Source of the DNA: Octopus sinensis
Taxonomy: Eukaryota
Assembly (NCBI RefSeq): GCF_006345805.1
Contig: NC_042998.1
Location: forward strand, 160,270,001 to 160,334,000
Length of the DNA stretch: 64,000 nucleotides
Direction: 5' to 3'
Part shown: positions 1 to 11,388 of the stretch, piece after piece
How the letters are laid out: each line of letters starts with the position of its first letter
How positions within the stretch are numbered: position 1 is the first letter of the stretch
Notes under the pieces: model-generated
The model's input: only the letters and a program-made list of their open reading frames with translations
What the model was told of the DNA's origin: nothing
Database searches by the model: none
Made by a program: the position numbers and the translations under genes

Positions 1-24
1 TTTTTATGGTGGAGTTGGGGAAGT

Positions 25-300
25 AATCACACTGGCACTCCATTGGTTATGATGGTGAGTGTTCCAGCCACCTTGCAAATGGCTGAGCACTCCACAGACA
101 CATATACTCTTAATATAGTTCTCAGGGAGATTCAGTGTGATGCAGAATGTGACAATTACAAGCAAAACTCATTTTTGCCAGCTGAGTGGATTGGAGTAAC
201 TTGAAATAAAGTGTCTTTCTCAAGGACACAATGCACTGCTTGGAATCGAACTCACAACCTTATGATTGTGAGTTGAATACCCCTAATCAATAAGCCATTA
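25..300 (-). mobile_element. tRNA-derived SINE (family C here)
   Basis: The reverse complement starts with a tRNA-like head (TGGCTTATTGATTAGG...GAGTTCGATTCC) followed by the gtgtccttgagaaagacac body shared with copies at 680, 4535 and 41135. Confidence 0.8.
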
Positions 301-679
301 CCGAATACCTCTAATCAGCGAACATCTCTATCACAGCTCTGAAACTAACAAATACCAACATCTGCACCCACAATATTTCTGAAGTTTTTGTACACCACTT
401 TTTAATGAGAAGATGCAGCTATTTAATTCTTGGTGTCGAACAAGTTTGAAGATGTTCAAAATCATTTAAATCTTATGAAATATGGCAATTCATCCATCAC
501 ATTTTCAATCCTAACTGCTCCCCACTACATCCTTCTACACTACCTCGTTATGGGAAACTTTGATTAAACTGATGTAACATTTGCACTAACTTAGACTTCA
601 TGTTTGTTTTTGGTTGACTTTGTTATATAAATCCATTTATTCCTCTGACCATTTTACCATTTATTATAGTCTCTTACAT

Positions 680-975
680 GGGAGAACATGGGCTAGTGGT
701 TAGGGTGCTGCACCCATGATCATAAGATTGTGGTTTCAGTCCCTGAACTGGGTGATACATTGTGTTCTTGAGCAAAACACTTCATCTCACATTGCTCAGC
801 AATCACTTTGTCACTTGACATGTGGTACACCATGCACCTGCTCAGGTAACATCAATTTGATGTAGGGGAGTGAACTCATGTACATCACATAGATTTGATT
901 ATTACAAACAAATCGTTTGTGCAGGTTGTTCAGCAAGAAATCCAGAACTGTCTTTCTCAGACTATGAGAGACTAC
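680..975 (+). mobile_element. tRNA-derived SINE (family C), degenerate
   Basis: Head GGCTAGTGGTTAGGG...cataagattgtggtttcagtccc, then ttcttgagcaaaacacttcat as in other family C copies. Confidence 0.7.
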
Positions 976-1981
976 TGTCATAGTCTCTTAATTTATCAAT
1001 CCTTCGAGAATAAAAAGCCAGTTTGGTGTGTTTTGAAATTAGAATTAAAATTAACTGCAATGTAGGAAAGTACTAGTATCCATAGCATTTTGATATGTAT
1101 TTGAGTGATAGTTCTAGCTGTTTAGTTACAAGACAACCCTCATTGAACAAACCTATTTATTATTAAAGTAATTTCAGCTGTGACTATCTTATTGTTTCCT
1201 CACACACTGTATATTTAGAACTGCATTATTCTGTGTAGCTTAAGATTTTGGGGGTTATTTGGTTGTTATTTCTAGTAGATTGTATAACATCATTGAGGTT
1301 TTTGCTTCATTCTCATATGCAATAAGTAACTATGATGCAAAATTGGTTTCATATATTCAACAAATTATTGACAACTTATGATAAAAAATTTGGCCTCACT
1401 GCTTATGTTTTACTACAGCAGCAGTAAAAAGGAAAAAAAAATATCCATGGAAATAGATGAGACTTTATCCAAATAAAGAGAAATAGTTGACGATGGATGG
1501 TAATGGTGGTGTGATGATGATGATGTCCAGTTTTTTCATGCTGGTGTACATTAAGCAAACCTTGTCTAGACAAATTTTCTATTATTAGATACTATTTCTG
1601 TTGCCACCCCTTAATTGTTTTCTAAGGAAGGTACTTTCATCCCACTAATCCTCACACATCGAAATTGATAAGGCTCCTGAAAGCATTGTACATTTGTTTA
1701 CAAGAAACTATAAAAGTGAAAAAATAAATGACACCTTCAGGTAGTGTTAATAAAGACACACGACAATGACATTCACATTCATACACACATGCGCGCACAT
1801 ACATATGTGTACGTATCATATATATATATATATATATAAAATCAAGGGTGTTTTGCATTCCATTAATTAATAAGGCCAATAAACTGATAAAGAATTGAAG
1901 GCCTTCTGTGTCTGTTTTCCATTCGTCTGTGCATTTACTATATGCTTTTTAACTTGTCATTCTGTCTGTTTTTCGTTTGTG

Positions 1982-2140
1982 CATAGGAGTAGCTGTGTGG
2001 TAAGTAGCTTGCTTACCAACCACATGGTTCCAGGTTCAGTCCTAATGCATGGCACCTTGGGCAAGTGTCTTCTACTATAGCCTTGGGCTGACCAAAGCCT
2101 TGTGAGTGGATTTGGTAGATAGAAACTGAAAGTAGCCTGT
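1982..2140 (+). mobile_element. tRNA-derived SINE (family A), head half
   Basis: gctgtgtggtaagtagcttgcttaccaaccacatggttccaggttcagtcc...gaccaaagccttgtgagtggatttggtag, a unit that recurs more than ten times in the window. Confidence 0.85.
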
Positions 2141-3044
2141 CATGTGTGGGTGTATATATGTGTGTGTGTGTGTGTGTATAAATATACAACTACACACAAA
2201 CACATATATGCGTGCCTATACACATATTTATTTATACACACGTATGCATATGGACTAACTATTTCCCTTACTGAACTTTGCTTTATATATAGAGTAACAA
2301 TATTTCAACAAATTTTATGCTAAAGTTTCCATGAAGCTAAATTGTGCTAAATATTTTACAAAGCAATTTCCTTTTGAATGTAATTCTGGATGAAAATTGT
2401 ATTAAAAGTCTTTAATAATAAAAAACATGATTCAAACTATGAGACAATCCTATGCATATGTTTATATTTGTATTTTCTTGAATTTTATGCGCTCTCTCTG
2501 TCTTAGTTTCACCATTAAACTGTTATTGACACTTGTATTGAACTTGCAGGTTTCACTGCTTATTTTATTTGTGAGATCAACTGTTTACTTTTCATTGATT
2601 GTAAGACATTAGTCTTAGGTGTCAGGTGTTTGAATATGTTTAAGTTAGTTGCTGGAAGAGAATTTTTGTAACAAATGCCTAATTTTATATCAAATGACAT
2701 CAACAAACACGTCCTACAACTGCTTTCATTTTGTACCTTTTCTTTTAGCAATACATTTATGACTACACATCTGCAGGCTAGGTACAGGTGACAGAAGCAA
2801 GATTGGCTGCTATTAAATTTATATGTTTATTTATTCAACTTAAAATGGTAATACTTTAAGAGTCTGTTAACTGGCTTTTTTAAAATTTTTATTTTCAATT
2901 ATTTGAACAAAGAGAAAGGGCAGGTGTTGTTATGGAAGTGATGCTTTTGTTTAGAGCAATTCATATTTCTCTGTAGCTCTGTTGCACGAGGAAAATATTT
3001 TGAGTGGTCTGAAGGGAAATGGTGCTACAGAGAGAATGGAAGAG

Positions 3045-3075
<31 letters not shown>

Positions 3076-3599
3076 GGGGCAGGATTTAAAAATATGTGAT
3101 GATATTGTTGTTCTCAAACTAACAAAAATACCAGCCCTATCCCACTAAAATATTAATGGTGATTTTCGCCTTCACCCTTTAGTAATGAGAAAACAAAATA
3201 AAGGTAGCACTTACATAATTCCTCTTCCTTTCTTTATCAGGGTATTGGACAAATTCACTAAGTTTAAAAATCATCTTAGTTTTTATTAAATATGGCAAAT
3301 TGTTTATCCACATTTTTAATCCTTACCCCACCCACTCTCCCCCAAGAAGCACTGCTCGATCCCAAAGTTAACTCTACTCAAAAAAATTTATGATCAAAGG
3401 CACTGAAGCTGTGACCAGTACTATATAATTAAATGTAGCCTTCCTTTTATAAGACAGTAAGATATGATTTGGAGATTTGGTAGCTACTTTTAGCTGGTTG
3501 AATGATCATTAGAAGCTTCTATATTGGGCTTGTACATTCAGGGTATATACATTTATGTGTAACATATCTAGTGTATATATAGTATGTCTAGTATTGGCA

Positions 3600-3775
3600 T
3601 CATCATCATTTAGCATCTGTTTTCCATGGCAGTATGGGTTGGGCAGTCTGACAGTAAATAGTAAACCATTGGACTGCACCAAGCTTTGCTGTCTGCTTTG
3701 GCAAGGTTTTTACAGCTGGATGCTCTTCCTAATGCCAACCACCTTACAGAGTAGACTGGGTGCTTTTCACACACA
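3600..3775 (-). mobile_element. RTE-type 3' tail or related SINE, ending in (GAT)n on its own strand
   Basis: catcatcatcatttagc...ccatggc...ggatgctcttcctaatgccaaccacc. Related copies at about 31465-31660 (+), 41995-42210 (-), 47030-47165 (-) and 52290-52535 (+). The RTE link is inference. Confidence 0.55.
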
Positions 3776-4015
3776 CATACATACAGAGTGCAATGGGTAA
3801 ATTGTTGCCATTTTATATTTTTAATTTTGCACATGCACACTGTTTATTTTTGATTTTGCCAGCTACACAGTATAATAGGGTAAGTTGGGCACCTTCTGTG
3901 AGAAAAACAGCATATGATGCAACTTATTCTGCTTGAAATTTGGGAATGACATGCTGTACTGCTTGGCATTCATGCTGGAAGCTCCAATATGAAGTGTCGG
4001 AAGCTTCAATACAAG

Positions 4016-4052
<37 letters not shown>

Positions 4053-4063
4053 CGGTATATATA

Positions 4064-4521
4064 CTGTATATACTGGCATACAAGATGGAATTTGAACTTC
4101 ACAAAAATCGCCCCAAAACTAGGGGTCGTCTTATATAAACTCTGAACCATAACCTCCTGTAGTTTAGAGTATCACCAATGTCAATGTAAAAAATAACCGA
4201 CAACTAAGTGATGTCACAACAGTAGTGCTTACACTATCCAGGTATATTTGTTGTGGATTATAGTAGGTAATTTACAATATCTGGCCACTTTTTGAAAAGA
4301 ACTGGATAAATTTTAGACAACTAAGACTGCAGAATTGTTACATACTAAGTTTACTGATTGAAACATACTTAAAATGCTATTGAAACACAAGAAAAGTAGA
4401 GATTCCAGGAGCTGCTGGGGTAGCTACAGTTCACCTGACTCCTTTAGCTATGAAGCTTGTATGTTTGGTACTCGAGCTAATTTCCACAAAAAGTTAGGAT
4501 AGTCTTATACAGCAAATATAG
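4064..4521. mobile_element. Degenerate Tc2/pogo-type (Kanga-like) MITE
   Basis: Left end TA-ctgtatatactggcatacaagatg with internal ggggtcgtcttata. Right end agtcttatacagcaaatatag is an imperfect inverted copy. Confidence 0.4.
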
Positions 4522-4534
4522 CTCAGAATTCACT

Positions 4535-4908
4535 TTTTAAATGGAAATCCTGGGGATTGTCTTGTACACCTGCTTGTTTTATATGCCGGCATCTGAGACT
4601 CCCTTCGGTCACGAGACAGACCATGGGATTGCACCTAGAAAGTTACCCTCCCAGGCACAAGTCCGGGCAAGGTTGTTTATGGAAGACCAGCAATCTCCCA
4701 TGCATACCGGCCTCCCCTCTCCACACCACCAGTGTTATCAAAGGAGAAGGCAAAGGCCGATACAGCTTGGCACCTGTGACGTCGCAAGTGAACTGGAGCA
4801 ATGTGAAATAAAGTGTCTTGCTCAAGAACACAACACACAGCCCGGTCTGGGATTCGAGCTCACAACCTCATGATTGTAAACTTGACGCTCTAACCACTGA
4901 GCCATGCG
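4535..4908 (-). mobile_element. tRNA-derived SINE (family C), relatively young
   Basis: Minus strand reads GCGCATGGCTCAGTGGTTAGAGCG (A box) ... GAGCTCGAATCCCAGACC (B-box-like). Several CpGs are retained. Confidence 0.85.
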
Positions 4909-5779
4909 CTGGCACATATGGTGTATATTACAATAATGAAAGTGCAGTGGTCACCTTATTGTTCAGTGGAAAAAGTGGGATGAATGGTAAGTTGGATGAA
5001 TGAGTTTGTTTTCAATTAATCATCTGTTTTATTGTTAAAAGTTTGTATGGAACATGATGGTCACAAAGAAAGGAAACAAATGATTATGTAGATTGTTTAG
5101 TGCTGGATGTGACGGTTGCACACAAGTAGAAATGATAAAAAGAAGTCTTGTGGATGGAAGTGGCATTTAACTGTATAAGCTGAATAACCTTCTTTTGGAT
5201 GAACTCAAGGGTAACTGTGTGAAGCAGTAGTATAATCCAAAATATGGGAATAAGTACTGTCTGGGACAGAAGATTAAGATAATATAATATATCCAGTAGT
5301 AGATTACTTAATGTTTCTATTTTTTAAGACAGTACAGTGTTATTTGTGGGAGATTTGTCTACTGTTTCTAATTGATTGAGTGACTATGTAGAGGCTACTC
5401 TGTGAGTCATGTAGGATAGAAGTTCTGAAGAAAGGTTATGTCTGTGTTGTTTAATGTTACAGATAGACTACTAGCACTTGTAAGAAAGACATGAATGTTA
5501 TAAAATCACTATGTCTAATTGATGGACTTCAGTTGCTACAGTAAAGGAATTTAAGGGCGGAGGGAAAAAAGTTAAAGATGATGATGATGATAGATTTAAT
5601 CATGTATTTATTTCTGCTTTTGTAGAGTAGCCTTGGTCATACTGGCCAGTTAGATAATCAATTGGGTGGCTGTGTGAGGTTACTTAGTTAATGTTTAATA
5701 TGAATTGTCGAAGAAGATTTGTGAGACTATGTGCAATCGATATTGGAATTCCATGAAGTTTTTGAAGAAGGGGTATGCA

Positions 5780-5830
<51 letters not shown>

Positions 5831-7316
5831 TGAATAAGGTAGAAGGAGACATAGAGACCTTGGTAGTTAAGATGCTATTTTCCCTTCCCTTTAATTGTTC
5901 AAGCAAGAAATTTGTCTGACTACATACCATGTCAAATGGCATAAATATTCATAAATAATGGTTTCTGTTTACTCTGTCACACGAGAATCCCTATTTTCAA
6001 ATTATCAATCGATTTTATTTTCATCAATGGCTTGTCATCATTTATTTCTGAAGCTTGCTAACACTCTGTGTCATAGTTCCCATTTTCTCACTTTGGTGTG
6101 TATGTTTATTTATGTGTGTATATATGTATATTTATGTATATATTTATCTATCTGTCTCTCTCTATATATAGAGATAGATATACACACACACACACACACA
6201 TATATATAGGTGTGTGTATATATATATGTGTGTATGTGTGTGTATCTATCTCTATATATATACACATGTATGTATGACTCAACTGCTAGTCACCAAATCT
6301 ACACCTCTATTTTGCTCCCCTTCCTTCCTATATGTCTTTGTCTCCCTCTGCACTCATTGTCTCAAATCCATGGTTGCTTTGTCTCCACACAGTAAGGCTC
6401 TCAAACCCTCCTACCACTATCATGTCTGCCACCACCACTGCTCCTCTCACACCTCTGTCGCCACAATGAAACCTACAGCATTTACCAGTAACTGTCTAAC
6501 ACTGCCATCACTGTCACCACTGTCATTGCTCCTTTTCTTATGTTTGGAATGGCATAACATGACAGCTTCTTTCCTCTTGTTTTTTTTTTTGGTAAATCTA
6601 TGATATTTATTTGGGTCAGAACCCCCTTCATTCCATCAGGATTATATTTTCTCTGCCTTTACCTCATTTCTATTCAGCCCCTATTTCAACATTTGATAAT
6701 CACACGTGTGGTTTAGGATCATCCAGTCACTACTTGCCATCCTCAATCCTCTACTTGCTGATATTATTTCATTCTTTCCACCAACTGACAATACTTGGTA
6801 GCTTTTTGTTTGTTTGTATGTATGTCTGCCTGCCTGCCTGCCTGCCTGTCTGTCTGTCTGTCTGTCTGTCAGTCAGTCAGTCACTGTTCAGTTTTATTTC
6901 AAGATTTCTTGCCAATAGAGAAAGAGCTGGTTTCTAACCTAGATCCAAGGCTCCTTCATTGGAAATTTCAACATCAACAAAAGAGTATTTTTGTTTGTGT
7001 GTTTGTTTGTATGTATGTATGTATGTATGTATGTATGTATGTATGTATGTATGTATGTATGCATGCATGCATATATGTGCAGATTTGTATTTTGCTTTAT
7101 GTATGTATTTTCATGCATATAGTTGCATATCTAGACATGCTGATATGTATTTAAATGCTAAACTTCTGGAAAGTTTTACAGATTTTTACAGTTCTAGTAA
7201 TGGGTTGGATCTGTAGTCTTCGAAATAGCTTTCTGGTTTTGAGAAGCCTAATTTCTCAAGATTGGTGTTTAGGCAGTGTGTTACTTATCCCATATATGTA
7301 TGTATGTAAGCATGTA

Positions 7317-8491
7317 TTGGGTCATCAAGTAGGAAATTTGTAGAACAGAAAAAAAGTTTGCTAATATTTTATTAATACAAGGAATAGTTTTATTCATCAA
7401 AGTATGTATCCATATTGTCAATACACTTTTGCTGTTTCAGCAGTAGCTTGTCCAGCCTGTAACTGTAAAAGCCTGGCAATCTAGAGTCAGTAAAATCTTG
7501 TAAGGCCTGTTTTACAGCATCACTGAAATTCAGTTTTTTTCCTATCAAAAAGTTATCCAAATTCTGGAAGAAGTGGTAGTTAGTGGGGGCAAGATCAGGT
7601 GAGTATGGTAGATAATGGAGAACTTCCAACTCCAACTTTTGTAGTTTCACCAATGTCAATTTTACAATATGTGGTCTGGCGTTGTCTTGTAATAAAATAG
7701 GAGTGGATCTGTTGACTAATCTAGGCTGTTTTTTTGTAAGTTTCTGCAACATTTGGTCCAGTTGGCTGCAGTATACTTCGCCCGTGATTGATCAGCCAGG
7801 TTTAATGAAATCATAATGGGTCACACCTGCACCAGACCATCAAACACATACCATCAGCTTCTTTTGAGGAATTTTGCTTTTTGGACTGTATTTTGGGCTG
7901 TGTGGCTTGACTTTGTCCAACCATAGTGCTGAACGTTTACAATTGTTATATTGGATCAATTTCTCATCACATGTTACAATTTGATTAAAAAAAAATTATT
8001 CATTTTTGAGATGAGAAAGTAGAACAAACAACAACAACGCTAATTCACAGGCACTTTGAGATGGATCTAACTCGATGGTAGCTTTCAGTTCATCATTACC
8101 CACCTTTGTTTCTGGCCAACTGCATTGCTCATTTGTGAGGTCAAAGTTACCAGAATGAAATTTTGCAAACCAATTTGATACTGTTTGCTGTGTAATAACA
8201 TTAGAATGAAATACTCCATTAATATTCCAAGCTGTCTGTGATGTTGTATTTCCAAGGAAGAACTCATATTTCAAAACTGTATGAATTTCTGACTTATACA
8301 TCTCTAAACAAAAATAGCAAAAAATGATTTATATATACTTTATAAAGTGCAAAATGAGTTAGAATAAAGAAATAGATGTGTCAGCTTTCTAACAAAAAAT
8401 AAAGATTGTCAAAATATAATAATGGTGCAAAATGAGCAGCTGTCAAAATTTACAATATACCTTACTACAAATTTCATACTTGATGACCTAA
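7317..8491 (-). mobile_element. Mariner transposon, both TIRs present, defective transposase (Hsmar1/cecropia-like)
   Basis: TIRs ttgggtcatcaagtaggaaatttgtag / ctacaaatttcatacttgatgacctaa (2 mismatches) flanked by TA (7315-16, 8492-93). HTH ORF 7996-8301 (YEFFLG..TVSNWFAKFHSGNFDL). Catalytic ORF 7390-7752 (LQDNARPH..PYSPDLAPTNYH) has D34 spacing with the last D mutated to N. Confidence 0.95.
7390..8301 (-). pseudogene. Mariner transposase pseudogene (frameshifts, stops, internal deletion)
   Basis: Two ORF-track fragments with mariner HTH and DD34D-region motifs lie in different frames. Confidence 0.9.
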
Positions 8492-8492
8492 T

Positions 8493-8654
8493 ATGTATGT
8501 ATGCATGCATGTATATATGTATATGTGTATTAAAATACAAACTATAAAAGCAAAATATCTGGCATCACTTGAAAAATCACTTAATTTAAATAGGGAATAT
8601 AAGCGGATAACTATATGTATACATATGTTACATACGTGTACATGCATATATATG

Positions 8655-8708
<54 letters not shown>

Positions 8709-8739
8709 ATATATATATAATATATATATATATATATGT

Positions 8740-8772
<33 letters not shown>

Positions 8773-8880
8773 GTTATATATATATATATGTTATATATAT
8801 ATATATGTGTATATATATATATATGTGTATATGTCTTTAAGTATGTGTGTGTATATATGTGTGTGTGTATATGTATGTAT
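8493..8880. repeat. Compound (TATG)n/(TA)n/(TG)n microsatellite
   Basis: Seen directly. Similar tracts at 54345-54550, 55840-56220, 56750-57180 and 58208-58281. Confidence 0.95.
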
Positions 8881-8963
8881 GGTGATTGTTCCCAGGGTTC
8901 CCATTTTTATTTCAGTCTAGTCCTATAGTTTGACTTCTTGCTTCATATATATCCGTATGGCTC

Positions 8964-9736
8964 TTTCATTTTCATCTCAATCCATTTGTTGCTCAAGTTT
9001 CACTCTTTAGAATGTTTGCTCGGTGAACAAGTGCTGAACCCTACGAGAGCATGGCTGCTCATCGCGTCTGTCCCAGGTTGCAACTGAAACCCAGTTTACT
9101 GTTAACATTTTTTGAGCTGTATAATGAAGATGTTAAGCTTGGGTATCTAATTTTGAGGGTAGTACAACATATCATGTACTCTCAGCTGAAGCAAATACAC
9201 AGATGATGATGATGTTGATATGACGATGACAGTAATGATGATGATGGAATGAGGATGCTGCTTGTGGTGATGATAATGATGATAATGCTGCTGTTGCCAC
9301 CACTGCTACTGCCACTGACAATGATGAGGCTAATAAGGACAATCTATATTTTTATTCTGCTATAGTCTATGTATATAATGCTTAACTATGGAACAAAGAC
9401 ATTACACACACAGCATTTATACAATTGACTGTGGGATGAAATTGAAGATATATTCTGTATATAGACACATCATTTACAACATTTTACTTGTGAGATAGTT
9501 GATTGGAATATTTTTAGTTGAGTGTGGGTTTGAAAACTAGTTGAATTATTAAAAATTTATCTCAGGTTTTCTAATAAATGCTGAGTTAATTAATTATTAC
9601 TCAAAAATCTTTATGGTAAATTGAGGCTTCTGTTACAGTTGAGGACAGGTGCTAAAAGTTGCAATGCTCTCAAACATTCTATCAAACATTCTAGAAAGTG
9701 AAACTTGAGCAATAAATGGATTGAGATGAAATGAAA
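8964..9736. repeat. ~54-bp inverted repeat pair (8964-9017 and 9684-9736)
   Basis: tttcattttcatctcaatccatttgttgctcaagtttcactctttagaatgttt versus aaacattctagaaagtgaaacttgagcaataaatggattgagatgaaatgaaa. Confidence 0.8.
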
Positions 9737-9869
9737 ATGTGCATGCAGGAAAAAAAAAAGGTAGAAAGCTGTCTGTGGGATTGAACCACCTATCTGTGTT
9801 GTTTGAGCTCAGACTGCAGTTTTCTTCCTTTTTTCACATCCAAAGAATTTTCAACTCAGTGTATTATGA

Positions 9870-10085
9870 AGTCAGCTGGCAGAATTGTTAGTGTTTTTAG
9901 ACAAAATATTTAGTGGCATTTCTTCTGGCTCTTTATGTTCTGAGTTTTAAATCTTGCCAAAGTCATCTTTACCTTTTGTCCTTCTGGGGTCAGTAAAATA
10001 AAGTACAATTGAAGTAATAGGGCTGATGTAATTGACTTGCCTCTCCTTCCCTTTAATTGCTGACCTTATGCCAAAATTTTACACT
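9870..10085 (+). mobile_element. tRNA-derived SINE (family B)
   Basis: agctggcagaattgttag...ttctgagttttaaatc...ccttctggggtcagtaaaataaagtac...gatgtaattgact...ccttatgcc, a very frequent unit in the window. Confidence 0.75.
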
Positions 10086-10563
10086 ATTATTTATAGCTGA
10101 ATTTGCTTCATATGTCTTATTTACTAATTTGCTAATAATGACTTATTTACTGTTTAAATAACATACTCTGAAATAAGGAACAAATAAGTTCTCAGGTCAA
10201 ACAAGACAAGATGAAATTATCTTCTGAATATAAACAAAATCATACTTAAAATTTAACCTATGTTATTTAGAAACAAATCAGCTATGTCTATTGATAAATC
10301 AATTAGCAACAAAATTGCTTTTGGTTGGGAGAGGGAGGATGTTTGCACAGATGATATATAAATATTTTAATGTAGTTCAGAAAGGGTGATTTCTCAACAA
10401 GTTAACTCTGAACATGAGGCCCTTGATTTTTATTGGTAGCAGCAGAAATAAAACCAAAATAAAAAGAGAATGTTAGATTTTTCAAGTACATTAACCAAAT
10501 GAAAAACAACAATATTTTAAAATAAAGATATTATAATTAAAACCAACCCTTTTCCCATAAAAA

Positions 10564-11030
10564 GTGAGATCTTCTAAGAAGGCCCATTATCCCCTCTACT
10601 CTTTTGCATAGTACTGGATTCCATTAACAAATCTGTTGAACAAAATCATCAATGGCTAGAGAGGCTATGGACGAACTACAAACTATCTCTTTGTAGATGA
10701 CTTTCAGATATTTTCGAATGACAAATCCCAGTGGTGGTGGTGGTGGTGGTGGTGGGGGAACCTATAACTCATTATGTGATTAGACAAAAATGCCAAAGCT
10801 ATGACAAAGAGAAATAAATTTACAAAAACTGAGTACTTCAAATTAAAAATAGACACAGAAATGAGGGAATTAAACCAGAACCAATGATACATATGTTCAG
10901 CAGATGAAACCGATAATATATGACACAGAGAAATGAAGGAGAAAATTAGCAAAGAGTTTAACAGAAGAACAAACCTAATAATAGAAAGAAAAAAAAAAGA
11001 GGACCAAAAGGAAGTGTTCTAAATATTTAG
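10564..11030 (+). pseudogene. Old non-LTR RT relic, R4/Dong-like
   Basis: Hand translation across one stop and one frameshift gives EIF*EGPLSPLLFCIVLD / PLTNLLNK..TNYLFVDD, with SKYLG downstream. This resembles GIFQGDSLSPL..C..L.PL..LLN..YMDD..YKYLG. Confidence 0.45.
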
Positions 11031-11164
11031 GAAAAAATCCAGAATTCCAGAGTACAAGCATAGATCCTCAAGAATCAGAACCTGGTTCCATAGTTCAGAT
11101 TTTCAAACTCACACTGAGGGCTTCTAATAACAAGATCAGGACTTATTTCTGAAAAACATTGCAT

Positions 11165-11388
11165 AAAAGAAACCAGCTATATCCAACCCAAATATTCTAC
11201 TTCTTTTATGCTCCAACTAGTCAGATCTGGTCTCTCATGCCATTGCATCTGGTCTGTAATGTCATTCTAAAAATAAAGAGTTGCATCATCAAAATCTCAA
11301 GGCTACAAGATAATGCATGATTAATTCAAAACAATGTGAATAAATAAACATTACATTTGACAGAGTTATTTGGATGCTGAAGGGTTAA
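11165..11388. mobile_element. piggyBac-like MITE, degenerate (same family as 27086-27259)
   Basis: Shares aatgtcattcta..catcaaaatctca..gctaca..aatgcatgattaattca with 27086-27259 and ends agggTTAA. The left end is unclear. Confidence 0.5.

Noticed and set aside
1660-1711. Exon-like segment on the minus strand (also 17651-17687 +, 21649-21677 +, 51331-51390 +)
   Set aside because: Splice-like signals are common by chance in AT-rich DNA. There is no recognisable homology or consistent phase chain.
2966-3033. tctctgtagc/gctacagaga stem, possible pre-miRNA
   Set aside because: The interior does not pair and part of the stem comes from the adjacent (GA)n tract.
4541-4873. 110-aa ORF and tRNA-like sequence
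   Set aside because: It lies inside a SINE. The tRNA-like heads in the window lack a full cloverleaf and continue into SINE bodies, so no tRNA gene is called.
6795-7154. Protein-like stretch DFLPIEKELVSNLDPRLLHW
   Set aside because: Short, flanked by microsatellites, no good donor, and it looks to me like a repeat fragment.
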